A DNA stretch of 64,000 nt. It comes from Octopus sinensis. Lineage: Eukaryota. Position numbers and translations under genes: made by a program. Positions 11,736 through 23,278 of the stretch are shown piece after piece (position 1 is the first letter of the stretch; the number at the start of each line of letters is the position of its first letter). The stretch is taken from the NCBI RefSeq assembly GCF_006345805.1, contig NC_043004.1, positions 38,626,001 to 38,690,000 of the forward strand, in the 5' to 3' direction. The notes below the pieces were generated by a model. The model did not search any database and was not told where the DNA came from. It saw only the letters and a program-made list of their open reading frames with translations.

Positions 11736-11989
11736 TAAAAGATTAACGATTTTGCAAACCTTTCTGATTTTGCGATTTTGCTTGTGTAAAATATGTGTTA
11801 AGCCCAATTACTCCGACCACGAATAATGAGATCGATGACGTAGAACATTCTTTGCTTAAAACAACTGGAAGATCAAGCAGTTACAATATTGTAAAACTGG
11901 CACAATATCAGTTACGACGACGAAGGTTCCAGTTGAATGGAAGAGCCTGCACGGGATATTAGCGCGTAAAGCAGGCCACAGACACGCGT

Positions 11990-12180
11990 ACCCTAAATGC
12001 AGTTCACAAGGATATTCAGCGTGACACAGAGTATGACAAGGCACAACTTATTTTTGTTGATTGAGTAAACTGGAGCAACGTGGAATAAAGTGTTTTGCTC
12101 AAAGAAGCAACGCGCGGCTAGGAAGCGAACTCACGAACATAAGCCGAAGGCCCTAACGACCAAGCCACACGTCTTCACGT
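11990..12180 (-). mobile_element. Degenerate SINE family C
   Basis: Similar to 45521-45792 (gagtaaactggagcaacgtg...gtgttttgctcaa). Confidence 0.6.
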
Positions 12181-12329
12181 AACTATATGAGCTAAAATAA
12201 TAATCTACAAATACAAAACAAAATGATTTTCCTCAACCCATAAATATGACAGAGGAACAACAGAGAATATGAGGCTGCAAATAGAATATATCCCATTTAT
12301 GGGTTCCAAAACCTATCAATCTGAATTCA

Positions 12330-13160
12330 CCAATGGCTTTAGAATGGCATCCCAAGCATATGGTTCCGGGTTCGGTCCCATTCGTGGCCTCCTGGACAAG
12401 TGTCTTCTACTATAGCCTCGGGCCGACCAAAGCCTAGTGAATGGACTTGCTAGACAACGGAAACTGAAAGAAACCCTCAATATATATGTGTGTGCGTATG
12501 TGTGTCTTTGTGTTTGTTCATCACCATCGCTTCTCAACCGATGTTAGTGGGTTTATGCTCCCTAACCTAGCTGTTCGGCCAAAGAGAACGACAGAATAAG
12601 AACCAAGCTTTAAAAAGGATAACTATAGGAATCGAGTCGATTCAATCGACAAAATAATTCATCGATGCAGTGCCCCAGAATGGCCGCTGTCTAATAATAC
12701 TCCTTCTAACAAAAATGATATGCTTCCCTTCTATGGACTATAGAATAAAACCATCGTGAAGTTGAACGAAACATGGCATAACAGTGTCTGTATATGCAGT
12801 TTTTCTGTCTGTGCAAAAAAGGGAAGCATTTTATATATCTTTTATATTTCATGTTGCAGTCATGCTGGGATTTAACCGAACAAATTGACAACTTTTTTAA
12901 AGTTGTATATTATTCTATCGTGCTATTTGTAGAACCGCTAAGTTGCAAGGACGTAAACAAAGCAACACCGGTTGTTTAGCGGTCGTGGTGAATAAACAAC
13001 ACAAATGCGCACATATACATGTATGACTGGCTTCTTTCAATGTCTGTCTACCTAATCCACTCGAAAGTCTTTGGTCGGTTCCAGGCTGTAGTACAAAGGA
13101 CTTACCCAAGGTGTGACGCAGTGGGACTGAACAGAGAACAAACCATGTGTTGGGATGCAA
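12330..13160. mobile_element. Two degenerate SINE family B copies in opposite orientation
   Basis: Plus copy at about 12330-12700 and minus copy at about 12850-13160. Confidence 0.7.
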
Positions 13161-13549
13161 ACTACTTTCCAGAGTCCCTCGTCAGCATTGAAACAATACA
13201 ACGACGGAGATATGGAGTCTGCAATAAAACGAGCCAAGAGCATGAATTTGCATAATTAATTTAATGGATAATGTACACTGTGCCTTTGCAGAAATTTAAA
13301 TTACAAGAAATTTTCCTTTTAGTTGGAAAAAGTAAGTAAGGTTTCAGTGACAATTGACAGCGATTCTCGAAGAAAAAGTGTAATTATTTTTCGGGAAACT
13401 AATAATTAGTATACTAGATTAAATTTAAATATTTAAATGCTTCATAATTGCTTGCCGGCAACTTAGAATTTCGGATATGTTTCGATCTGACTTAATTAAT
13501 TCAGTTGGATACTGGTCTTTCATCTATTTAATATAATCCCAAATTGTAT

Positions 13550-13959
13550 GGCGGCGAGCTGGCAGAAACGTTAGCACGCCGGGCGAAATGCGTAGCCGTA
13601 TTTCGTTTGCCGTTACGTTCTGAGTTCAAATTCCGCCGAGGTCGACTTTGCCTTTCATACCTTCGGGTCGATAAATTAAGTACTAGTTATGCACTGGGGT
13701 TGATATAATTGACATAATCCGTTTGTCTGTCCTTGTTTGTCCCCTCTGTGTTTAGCTCCTTGTGGGTAGTAAAGAAATAGGTATTTCGTCTGCCGCTACG
13801 TTCTGAGTTCAAATTCCGCCGAGGTCGAATTTGCCTTTCGTCCTTTCAGGGTTGATTAAATAAATACCAGTTGCGTATTGGGATCGATCTAATCAACTGA
13901 TCCCCCCCACACACACACAAAGCTTTTCGTCCTTGTACCTAGAGTAGAAAAGAATATAG
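13550..13959 (+). mobile_element. Dimeric SINE family A with two different tails
   Basis: 13-bp TSD TCCCAAATTGTAT (13537-13549 and 13960-13972); the second unit starts at GGTATTTCGTCTG. Confidence 0.9.
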
Positions 13960-14403
13960 TCCCAAATTGTATTTATTAGCATGGTTACTCGTATTTCAGC
14001 AAGGGTTTCAGTCTGAAGAACTACTACAATTATTTTTTTTTTACTATAGACACAAAGCCTGAAGTTTTGGAATTTTGGCAGGGAAACTGCTACTTGTTTC
14101 GTCGACCCTTAAAGAATTAACGGCAAACTTGACTTCATCAGAATTTGAACTCAGAATTTAAAGACTGACAAATCTCTGCTAAGCATTTGGCCCGGCGTGC
14201 TGATATTTGTGTCAGCTGGGCGCCTTAAGAAATACAATTTTGCTTTCATAAGAAACACAACGATCTAAGAAATCTTATAGCCTTTTAATAACAACTATAT
14301 AAAGCTAACCATTTAATGGGAGAGAGCATTACAAAGAACAAAACAGCCATTGCTCTATAGTAAGAAAATTTTGATAACAAATTAATAAAGTACTTATACT
14401 CAC

Positions 14404-14537
14404 TGTAGTGATGTTTGAGAAAGAAGAATTGTAAAATTCTTCACTTGTTCTTCGCCAATTATTACAATTCCACTATCATTCTCCAGTTTCGTATCGCCTA
14501 AGCTTAAAATACCATTGATGTAGCTTTCTAGGTCGAA
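14404..14537 (-). CDS. M13 peptidase exon
   Basis: tactgcag|...CA|gtgagt; 134 nt (phase 0 to 2). Encodes FDLESYINGILSLGDTKLENDSGIVIIGEEQVKNFTILLSQTSL. Confidence 0.9.
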
Positions 14538-14639
14538 CTGCAGTATATAAGTATCATAAATGCAACATTATCACCATGGAAATTGCCTCTCTCGAACGCT
14601 TGAAGGAGCACTTTAGGCTTCTTCTTTCACACCAGCCAG

Positions 14640-15400
14640 TCACAATCGATCTCATCCTAAATATTTCCACAAATAGAGCCACAACGAAAGGTACTTAAAA
14701 TCGATCCTATCAAACCCGACGAAGTCGGTGCTGCCTTGAAGAAGCTCAATAACCACGAAGCCACTGGCATCTGCAGTACAGTATCACTGCGGAGAGGTTG
14801 AACTTTGTAGGAGAAAACATGACCCAGTTGATCACTCGCATAATCAACCATGTGTGGGAATGACTGAGAAATAACTGGAATCGGTGCACCATCCTCGTTT
14901 CCTCGAAACGGAACGGCGGCAAACTCGTCTGCAGTAACAACAGAGGCAACACCCTTCACTCTAATCCTGGAAAACTCTGCACCAGGATCCTTCTCAGCTG
15001 TGTTGATCTATCAAGTCGGTCTGCCGCTGAACATATTTCTGCTCTTCGTTTCATTATTGAAAAATCTTGGGAGTTCACCTCTACATTACCTTCGTCGACT
15101 TCAAAGCAGTATCCAAAATGTTTGACTACGCTTCCCTCAAGAAAATTCCCAAGCTCGTCGGCGCGCCTCGCATGATCATTGATCTTTTCCAATTTGTTCA
15201 AATCTTACTCTCTTCCGATGCAATAGCCGCGGGTTAGATGGATCCCGTGGCAAGCTCTGCATCAGATGGCTGAACGTGATTTAGGGGATCTCCAGAGGCT
15301 CTGCCTCATCTTGGAGGATGCAGACGGACTTGCACGGGACCGCTGGCGTTGGGGAACATTGGTGGATCTGGTATCTTCTACGCACGATAAAACCTCTAAA
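14640..15400 (+). mobile_element. RTE-clade LINE, internally deleted remnant
   Basis: Decayed EVGAALKKLNNHEATG, NNRGNTL and YITFVDFKA, followed directly by the RTE C-terminus (DL..L...LEDA..LARDR..W). Confidence 0.75.
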
Positions 15401-15422
15401 GATACTAACCTGGGATTATCCA

Positions 15423-15468
<46 letters not shown>

Positions 15469-15704
15469 GGAGCAAAAACGCAATAGAGGTTATCAAAACG
15501 TTCGGAAAGATAGACGACAAGAGAAACAACAATTAGAAGGACAAGCAAGGAAAAAAAATAACGGATTTTGACTTTCTTTCATCACTCAAGTCCCAGAGGT
15601 CACGACCATTTCGGGCAGCTACACTTGAGATGGTTCAATCTGGCTGCCACCCAAAAAGTCTAAGCTAAGAGCATTAGAACCCTTTGTAAGAAAGCTAGCA
15701 AATG

Positions 15705-15822
15705 TGAAGGGATCTCCAGAGGCTCTGCCTCATCTTGGAGGATGCAGACGGGCAAGGGGTCAGCCGGCGTAGGGGAACATTGGTGGATCTGGTAGCTTCT
15801 ACGCACGATAAAACCTCTAAAG
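15705..15822 (+). repeat. Second copy of the RTE 3' end
   Basis: Near-identical to 15285-15400 (gggatctccagaggctc...aaaacctctaaag). Confidence 0.85.
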
Positions 15823-16164
15823 GTGTTCGGCAGCAAATACAAAAAACAAATAAATAAACAAAAAAACTGGAAAACATGGTACACAATTCCGAAATCAAAG
15901 AACAAGAAATAATCTGTTATTTATATTTTAAGCACATTTCTAGCTGTAATGAAATCAATGGATTAGTTGATTCCCTCGGTACCAGTAATAAATGCTACTT
16001 TATTATAATGAACCAGAAAGAATGAAAAGCGAAGGAAACCTCGTAAAAATTCAAACTCAGGACGCAACGAGACAGAAGAAAATTACCGCAAGGTATTTTG
16101 TTCGTTGAACCGTGATTCTAGCACGCTTCTATTATTTTGTATAAATAAATAGCTTAAAACTTAC

Positions 16165-16229
16165 GTGAGGAAAATCTTTCAAAATTTCTGAAATATTTCG
16201 TGGTTTATAGTCCAAAAATATGTTCATGT
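16165..16229 (-). CDS. M13 peptidase exon
   Basis: caatag|AC...CAC|gtaagt; 65 nt (phase 1 to 0). Encodes (Y)MNIFLDYKPRNISEILKDFPH, like the YNxMTISELxxxxP segment. Confidence 0.8.
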
Positions 16230-16507
16230 CTATTGTAGGTATTGAGTCGGCCAACTAATAAGCGCATTTATGAAAAATATAATAGAACAAAAAACGAACC
16301 AATGAATAAACGTTTTGAGGAATAACATGGAATTTTTGCTTAGTGAATATATTCTCACGTAAAAAAGTATTGTAATTCGTTGACGCATTGGAACGAGCAA
16401 TCTACATACACATTTGAAAATGAAAAAGAAAAAACTGAGCCAAGTAAGTTTGGTAAAATACCCATGATGCCAATAAATGAAAACGAAAAGGTATTGTATT
16501 ACCTTAC

Positions 16508-16547
16508 ATTGATTGTTTATTGATTCTATATTTCGGGTAAGATTAGC
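16508..16547 (-). CDS. M13 peptidase short exon
   Basis: Weak acceptor (tgaaaag), donor T|gtaagg; 40 nt (phase 0 to 1). Encodes ANLTRNIESINNQ, matching the E-x-ANAT/ANIT position; the phase fits the next exon. Confidence 0.7.
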
Positions 16548-18784
16548 CTTTTCACATAAAAGTAACAAAGCAATCCGAGTTCGGAGAAGTGTATTGTTAT
16601 ATTCTGGTGTGGTGTGACCTAATATATCATGTTGTTGTGGTTGCGATTTATCTCCTGTTTCAATTCCAGTCTACCAGATATATGTTAAAAGGAATTCTAC
16701 TAATGGCTATGTCACCGTTTATCCGTATATCAAGGAATATACTAGTCAGTATATCGCACTGTTTTGAATCCAGTGAAGTGTTAGCAAAACGATATTTGAT
16801 ATTTATATATAAATAAGCGAGCGTAAAACTTCTTCACTGAATTTTAAGGCTGCACAATTTGTGACAAAGCTTACAGTTATTCAAATTAGTATAGTATATG
16901 ACTGACATTTGTTTTCATAAACTCTGGATATTGGGGCCATACGTGCCACTCTTCTGTCAGTCATTCTTCAGCAATTTATAATATGGTCCACCTTAGCCAT
17001 CTTTCAGCAAGTTTATCATTAACATCTTGCTCTCTACGGGGTAATTAAGGAAGTTTGAGAGAGCTTGGACAAAGAGACAAGCGTCTGTTATTCTCAGTCC
17101 TGTGAGTCTGATCCAGGATAGTAATTCTTTCATCATAGCCATCAGACAGAGGGATATAATTGGTTGTTCTTCCTAGCAAAAAGAAGGAAGTGATGCCGAC
17201 TTCACTGAGCTCATGCGTGAAAGTACTTTTTCATCAAATCAATACAGTTTGTTTACTTAATGATTAAATGCTGAATGTTTTCTTCCGTCTGAGTACATTT
17301 TGGATAGATCCAGTAGCCGACATTTCCTTACGCGAAAAATATTCCTCGAAACCGAAAATGATAACGATGTGAAGTCACAGCGCATACCTGCGAATCATCG
17401 GACTAAGTATTCAGACGTCTCTGTTAATTGGACTGTATGTTCAATGGAACACATCTTCCTACAACAACATTCGAAGAGTGGATACGCTACTTTGGTCAAA
17501 TGTGAACTGCGGATTGTAATTAGAAACGTTATTCCCGAAAGATTTATAAAGCATTTGTTCGTTCTGATTAGCATTTCATCAAATATACTTTTCTAAATAT
17601 TGTTCTGACTGAGATCGATCACCACTGTTCTTAAACCCACACAATGTCCCCTCACCTTAATCGAGTCAACTACTGAAAAACGACGACGCTGGTACGGATT
17701 GCAGGTATATATAGGTGTTGAGCTGAAGGCACAGTTTTGAACTGGTTAATGAGTATTTCTGTCAACGCTGCCCATATTAGCAGTATGACAACGGCCATCT
17801 CCATTTCCAATGTCCGACATCATTAGGGCAATATTATCAGAAAGCAGTACCACGTGCCACATGTCAGATATGAGAGGTGGGATCCGATATATATAGATGG
17901 CTAATAACCAAATCCCCTACGTGCATGTCTCGGCAACTGTTATTGGGCGTTCAATTTAATAATGTTCTGATCGCTTGTTCTGATCTCTTGTTGCCTTGAC
18001 TATTGTTGGAAGAGATAATCCTTAGTGTACAAATAAGTCCCTACTGACTGCTTTTCAACTTATATCGACCTGCTACACGATCATATATGCGATAATTAGC
18101 AGATGTAAGAGACTTAGTCACGTCGGTGTTTCTCATATTTATTTGTATATTGAAGCAAGGTTTAATATTACCACAAGCCAATCATATGTTTTCGATGAGG
18201 TCGACTAGTTCAGCTTAAAGTGTCTGTGAATGTAGTATGTTTGTGTTTTGCTTTCAGATGCTCAAACGTTTCCATGCATTGTGAGAGTTGGTCGGTTGTC
18301 AAATATTAGAAATCTTTTGAATTGCACGTTAAGTATATACTCTCTGACCATCTTTTACGTTTTGCCACTTGAGCCACTGTTGCAGACGTCGAGGGCATCC
18401 CGATCGGTATGGCACTCTGTACAGCTTTGGAGATGGCCGTTGTCGCTCTGCTAATTTTCTTTAAATAAATTTTCTTAACTGTGAAACATCGTATTTTAAA
18501 CATTTGCCTGTCTGCTTCCATACTTTGCTTCACATTTACATAGTATCACATTCCAACCAAATTTAACTACCCAGTCTGAAATAGCTTCAGTCAAATCACA
18601 GTGACATATGTATGCGCTGTGTTTATGTGCATTTGTTTGTTGAGTTTATGTGGTTTATGTGCGCTTCTGTCTCTGTGTTGCTTGTACGAGTGTGTTTATG
18701 TGTATTATTAATAAATGATGTAGTCACTGAGTTTGCTTTTGCATCTCCTTACGAGGCACACGTAATGGATAAAAACAGTTTTAC

Positions 18785-18913
18785 CTCTTTATAAGTGTCC
18801 ATAAAAGTTGTGATTTCAGTTACGTTATAACTATCAGTTTGGTTCGCTAGTTTTGCAATACTCTCAATGACGCTGAGAATAGTTTCTTTGTTATAAGTCT
18901 TTGGTAAGGTCAA
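18785..18913 (-). CDS. M13 peptidase exon
   Basis: ttttttcgttgcag|...GAG|gtaaaa; 129 nt (phase 0 to 0). Encodes LTLPKTYNKETILSVIESIAKLANQTDSYNVTEITTFMDTYKE. Confidence 0.85.
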
Positions 18914-19209
18914 CTGCAACGAAAAAAGGATAATCAGTTTAATGAAAATAGACAAATAGAGTCATGTGTTTAGGTAGTTGTAAGTAAGGATTGTTGGCAT
19001 ACCTCGACTCATTTTATGCATTCTTAAAAGAAAAGCGAGGACATTGACTATATCTTTATGCCCTGATATTCTGTAGAATACATTATGGATGTGCTGAAAA
19101 TAGTGCAAATATTGACAAAGCCTTAACTGATATAGTTCGTTCAAATTATACATGTTGATAGAATGACATTTCCTAAATAAGTAACTTTTTCTCTGCACTG
19201 TCAACAAAT

Positions 19210-20260
19210 AACGATTTCAAAACAGAGCAACGTATTATCGTTGAATTGTTAAAGGAAGGGTGCAGGTTGTCCGACGGCTATGCAAACTAACAAGTTGATT
19301 ATAAAGATGATAACACTGTGCAATGTGCACAGATGGATTAAGATACTTAAAACTGGAGAAACAAACATTGACGACAAACCGCGCTAAGGAAGTTCATCGG
19401 CTGTGATCACTGACACGAATTTCCAGCGTGCAAACGAATTGATTTTCTCGGATGAGTAAGTATAATTTGTGAGCCCACTGCACAACTAGAGAGTAACTGC
19501 AATGCATTCAAAGAGAAAAGAAGATGATGCAACATTTCGGGTAATGTAAAATGAGTGCAAAGTGTGTACCTCGATGCTTGAAATCCGATTTGTGTAAGAG
19601 AAACTTGTGATCAGTTGGAAGCGTTTGAAATTAACGAAAACATGTTTCTTTCTCATTCAGGTGGCTATGGTTGAAATGTGGATGTAGCTTTGAGGCCCGG
19701 AAACTAAGAACGTGTCCATAGAATGGCCTCAGAGCTTTTTTCTGAAGTCTAAGACGTCCAAGAGACAGTGATTGGCAACAACATTTTATGGTGTTTGTTT
19801 CGGAAGTAACACTGTCCTCATTCTCTTCGACTTGCTGGAACGGTACGTTTCGATACTCATAAACCTAAGAGAAGTCATTAGGAGGAAGAGCACGAACGAG
19901 AATCTGAAAAGCGTCTGCATTCACTATGGTGCTGCATTACCGATATTATTCGCAACAAATGAGGCAACAGACTAATTACGCTGGCGATTGGTCCTCTATC
20001 CACCGTACATCTCGGATTTGGAACTCTCTGCCTTTCAGCTGTTCAGTCCAATCAGATAATGCATTGGGGGACAATGAGTTGATGACACAGAGGAGATGGA
20101 GGTAACTGTGAAACAATGAGTACGATGGTATACAAGTAAATCCTTTGAAAGAGAATTCAAGACTTTGATCCAACAATGGCATAAATGCTTCATTTGTGGT
20201 GGAATATATGGTTAGTAGTATATTTGTTTCCATAAAACGTCATCCCACCGCTATGTAGAT
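19210..20260 (+). mobile_element. Mariner (DD34D-like) element, heavily decayed
   Basis: Fragments EQRIIVELLKEG, GETNIDDKPR, SAKCVPR, NLREVIRRK, a PPY..DL..S-like motif and a QWHKC..CGG.Y terminus. Confidence 0.75.
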
Positions 20261-21108
20261 TATGAGCGACGTATGCTAATTAATAAAGAGTATGATAACA
20301 GTTACATGATGTTCGCTATATTCCTTGTATACACAGGACTGCATATGTTTTATATCTACATATGTTTTATATCTACATATGCCCTGAGCATCTTATTAAT
20401 GAGAGTGTTTGTAAGGTTGCATTAACTAATGTGTTGTTCCTGTTTATAAAGTAGCTAGGTCTGCTTCAAAAGTGAGCTAGCTACTATTTATAGCTGGCAA
20501 GGTAGTTACGCAGTTTTTTTTTGTATTTTAACGACGACTTTCTTCTTACTTCAGTCATCTTCTCAGCTGAGTCTCTCTTGTTTACTGAAGCCTCTCTCGT
20601 TTGCTCAAATTTTCTTCATGATAAGACTCAAGAAAATATCAGTGATAGGTGAATTGCAAAATATATGCAGTGAAATTTAGATTAAGAGACCCGAAAAAAT
20701 TTTAAAAAGCTAATTTAGTGAAACCGATTGAACTGAAGATATGTGACTGAAAGTTATCATATCTCATAATGAAAGAGACTTGACAGCTATGGGCGACGAA
20801 AGTCTTTTTACAATAAATGTTGAAAAAACTGGGTTTACTGAATAAAGGGTAACTGATTTCAATGCGATACCTCGTATTCAAATACCTTGGGTATCCATTT
20901 TACCACGACTAATATGGTACACCGAATAAGTAGGTAGCAGAGACTCTATTCAGTTTACAGGTAATAGTCAGAAAAGGTTTGGTAACAATTTTCTTACACT
21001 AGTGTAGCAGATAATTGTAATAATTGTGTAAAGCCAAAACATTGTCACAGCAAAATTTATATATACTGCTGTTCCACGCTTACAAGTTATAATAGGGGGA
21101 ATACTTAC

Positions 21109-21311
21109 GTAAATTGCATTTCCGTCGCCAGTATGAATATTTCTATGGATGTCGAAAGCAAGAAATGGAAACGTTGCGAAAAACTGTGCAAAATTAGTAA
21201 GTAATTCTATTCTAGTAACGTTCTCCTTCATGCTACCAGTAACGAAAGGTATTCCACCGAATTCAGCGGCTTTCATCATGCTTTGTTGTATATTTGCCTC
21301 TTCAGTTGCAT
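21109..21311 (-). CDS. M13 peptidase exon (GGxP motif)
   Basis: tctggcag|...TAC|gtaagt; 203 nt (phase 1 to 0). Encodes ATEEANIQQSMMKAAEFGGIPF...DIHRNIHTGDGNAIY. Confidence 0.92.
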
Positions 21312-21508
21312 CTGCCAGAATAATAGAAAATGTTAACACTAAAACACTAAGAATCGAATCAAATTCTTACATTTGGCTTCTAACACATCATCACAATCGC
21401 TGTCAATAAGCGATAGAAGGTACTATAGAGACTTCCTCAATTCAATAAGAAAAGTATGTACAACAACTACAACAACAACAATAACAAATAATAATAATAA
21501 TAATAATA

Positions 21509-21544
<36 letters not shown>

Positions 21545-21556
21545 TGATAATAATAA

Positions 21557-21860
21557 CGACAAATGCAGAATGTGCGGTGAGCAGGGTGAAACTGTATGGC
21601 ACATCGTTAGCAAATGCTCGAAATTGGCACAGCGTGAATACAAACGACACCATGACGATGTGGCAAGAATGATCCATTGAGGGCTCTGTAGAAATAACGG
21701 CCTTCAAAGAGCAAAGATGTGGTATGAGAAAACCCCAGAAGGAGTCACTGAAAATGAGAACTGCAAAATGATGTGGGATGTAATGATCCAGTGCAATCAG
21801 CTGGCCAGACATAGGAATCCAGAAATTGTTGTGGTGAATAAAAAGAAGGAACATGAATGA
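21557..21860 (+). mobile_element. R4/Dong-type LINE CCHC plus restriction-like endonuclease fragment next to (TAA)n
   Basis: DKCRMCGEQGETVWHIVSKC..LAQREYKRHHDDVA...HRNPEIVVVNK. Confidence 0.88.
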
Positions 21861-21899
21861 TAATATACTTGATGAGAGACATATGGATGATCTAAAAGA

Positions 21900-23278
21900 A
21901 GACAATAAACTAATGGCGACATGACAGATAAACAAATGGCAATCTACGACATAATAAAGGTAAGACTACAGGAGAAAGATAGCGACATTATTTGTAACCT
22001 TAAAATGTTGATTGATTGAAATTAAACCAAGAAACGAAAAATGTCAATGAAATTCTGAAATACATCAGAACAAACAACATCACAGAAACAAATAATTTCA
22101 TCAAGGCAGCAAGGATTGTTGTAGCAAAAAACGTGGGTGTTGATGTCAAGAAAAAGAAACATAATGAGAATGGCAAAAGAAAAGATCCATAGCAGGGTTA
22201 GACATTCTCTCGAAAGAAATCTCTATATTAGACCGAAAAGAGAAAGGAGAATAAAAAGACAAGGCACTGGAAAGGAAGTATAATATTGAAAGAAAGGGAC
22301 TGAAAGTAGTAGCGGAAGAACTGAAACAGCGCATCGTTGCAAAGAAAGCAAAGATGGTAAGATGCGACCAAAGAATGGAGGGTTACCACAAGAATAGGTT
22401 ATTCAGAGTAGATTAGAAGAGATTCTATAAAGAAATAAATGGAGGGTGTACAGATGAAAAGTTCATACCAGATAACATTGAAAGTCAAAGGTTGTGGAGT
22501 GACACCTAGAGCAAAGAGAAGGGGCACAAGAAGAATGCTGAATGGTTGCAAGAACTGAAACAAACAGTAGTCTGTCCAAAACAGGCAGAACTAGTCATTT
22601 CAGTTAGGGAAGTGAAGGAAATCAGCAAAAAAATGAGCAACAGGAAGGCCCCGGGACCAGATGGAGTTCAAGGCTACTGGACCAAAAGATTTGGTGAATT
22701 TCATGCACGGATGGCTACGCAACTCAACACCTTGTTAAATGCCGGCCAAGTAACACCACAGTGGTTGGCATTGTCTAGCACAGTACTGTGGCTGAAAAAT
22801 ATCGAAAAAGGCAATACGGTAGACAATTACAGGCCGATATCCTGTTTGCCAGTTATGTGGAAGTTATTGACTGGAATAGTCGTAGAGTTAATGTACGAAC
22901 ATTTGGGAAAAATGGAGATCTGCCACATGAGCGGAAGATTTGCAAGCGTAAGTTCAGAGGTACCAAGGATCAACTCTTGATAGACAAAACTGTACTTAGA
23001 GACTGCAAGAGGAGGAAAAGTAAATTAGCCATGTCATGGATCGACTATCGTAAGGCGTACAATATGATCCCACATTCTTGGATTATGGAGTGTATGGACC
23101 TATTTGGTATTGCATCGAATGTTGAGCGATTGCTTGGAAAAAGTATGGCGAATTGGAGGACGGATCTGACAGCATACGAGAGAAGCTTAGGGACAGTAGA
23201 AATCAGGAGAGGCATCTTCCAAGGGGACTGCCTGTCCCCACTGATCTTTGTACTGTGCTTGATACCACTAACACTGAG
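21900..23278 (+). mobile_element. R4/Dong-type LINE N-terminal region and RT domains 0-4
   Basis: [54 protein letters not shown] and [11 protein letters not shown], with frameshifts. Confidence 0.92.

Noticed and set aside
11760-11870. Exon-like segment (VLSKECSTSSISLFVVG...) on minus with plausible splice sites
   Set aside because: It is out of order and out of phase relative to the exon chain; the corresponding region is better supplied by 7828-7956.
13440-13520. RNISEIL peptide echoing exon 16165-16229 (possible duplicated exon)
   Set aside because: The match is only 7 aa with a dissimilar nucleotide context and incompatible splice phases; probably chance.
17690-18540. Possible further Tc1/mariner remnants and a 16-bp inverted match (GGAGATGGCCGTTGTC)
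   Set aside because: Too decayed to define boundaries or motifs with confidence.
19009-19076. Strong acceptor/donor pair on minus (68 nt)
   Set aside because: The phase-0 reading hits a stop and the length is not a multiple of 3; at most a cryptic or poison exon.
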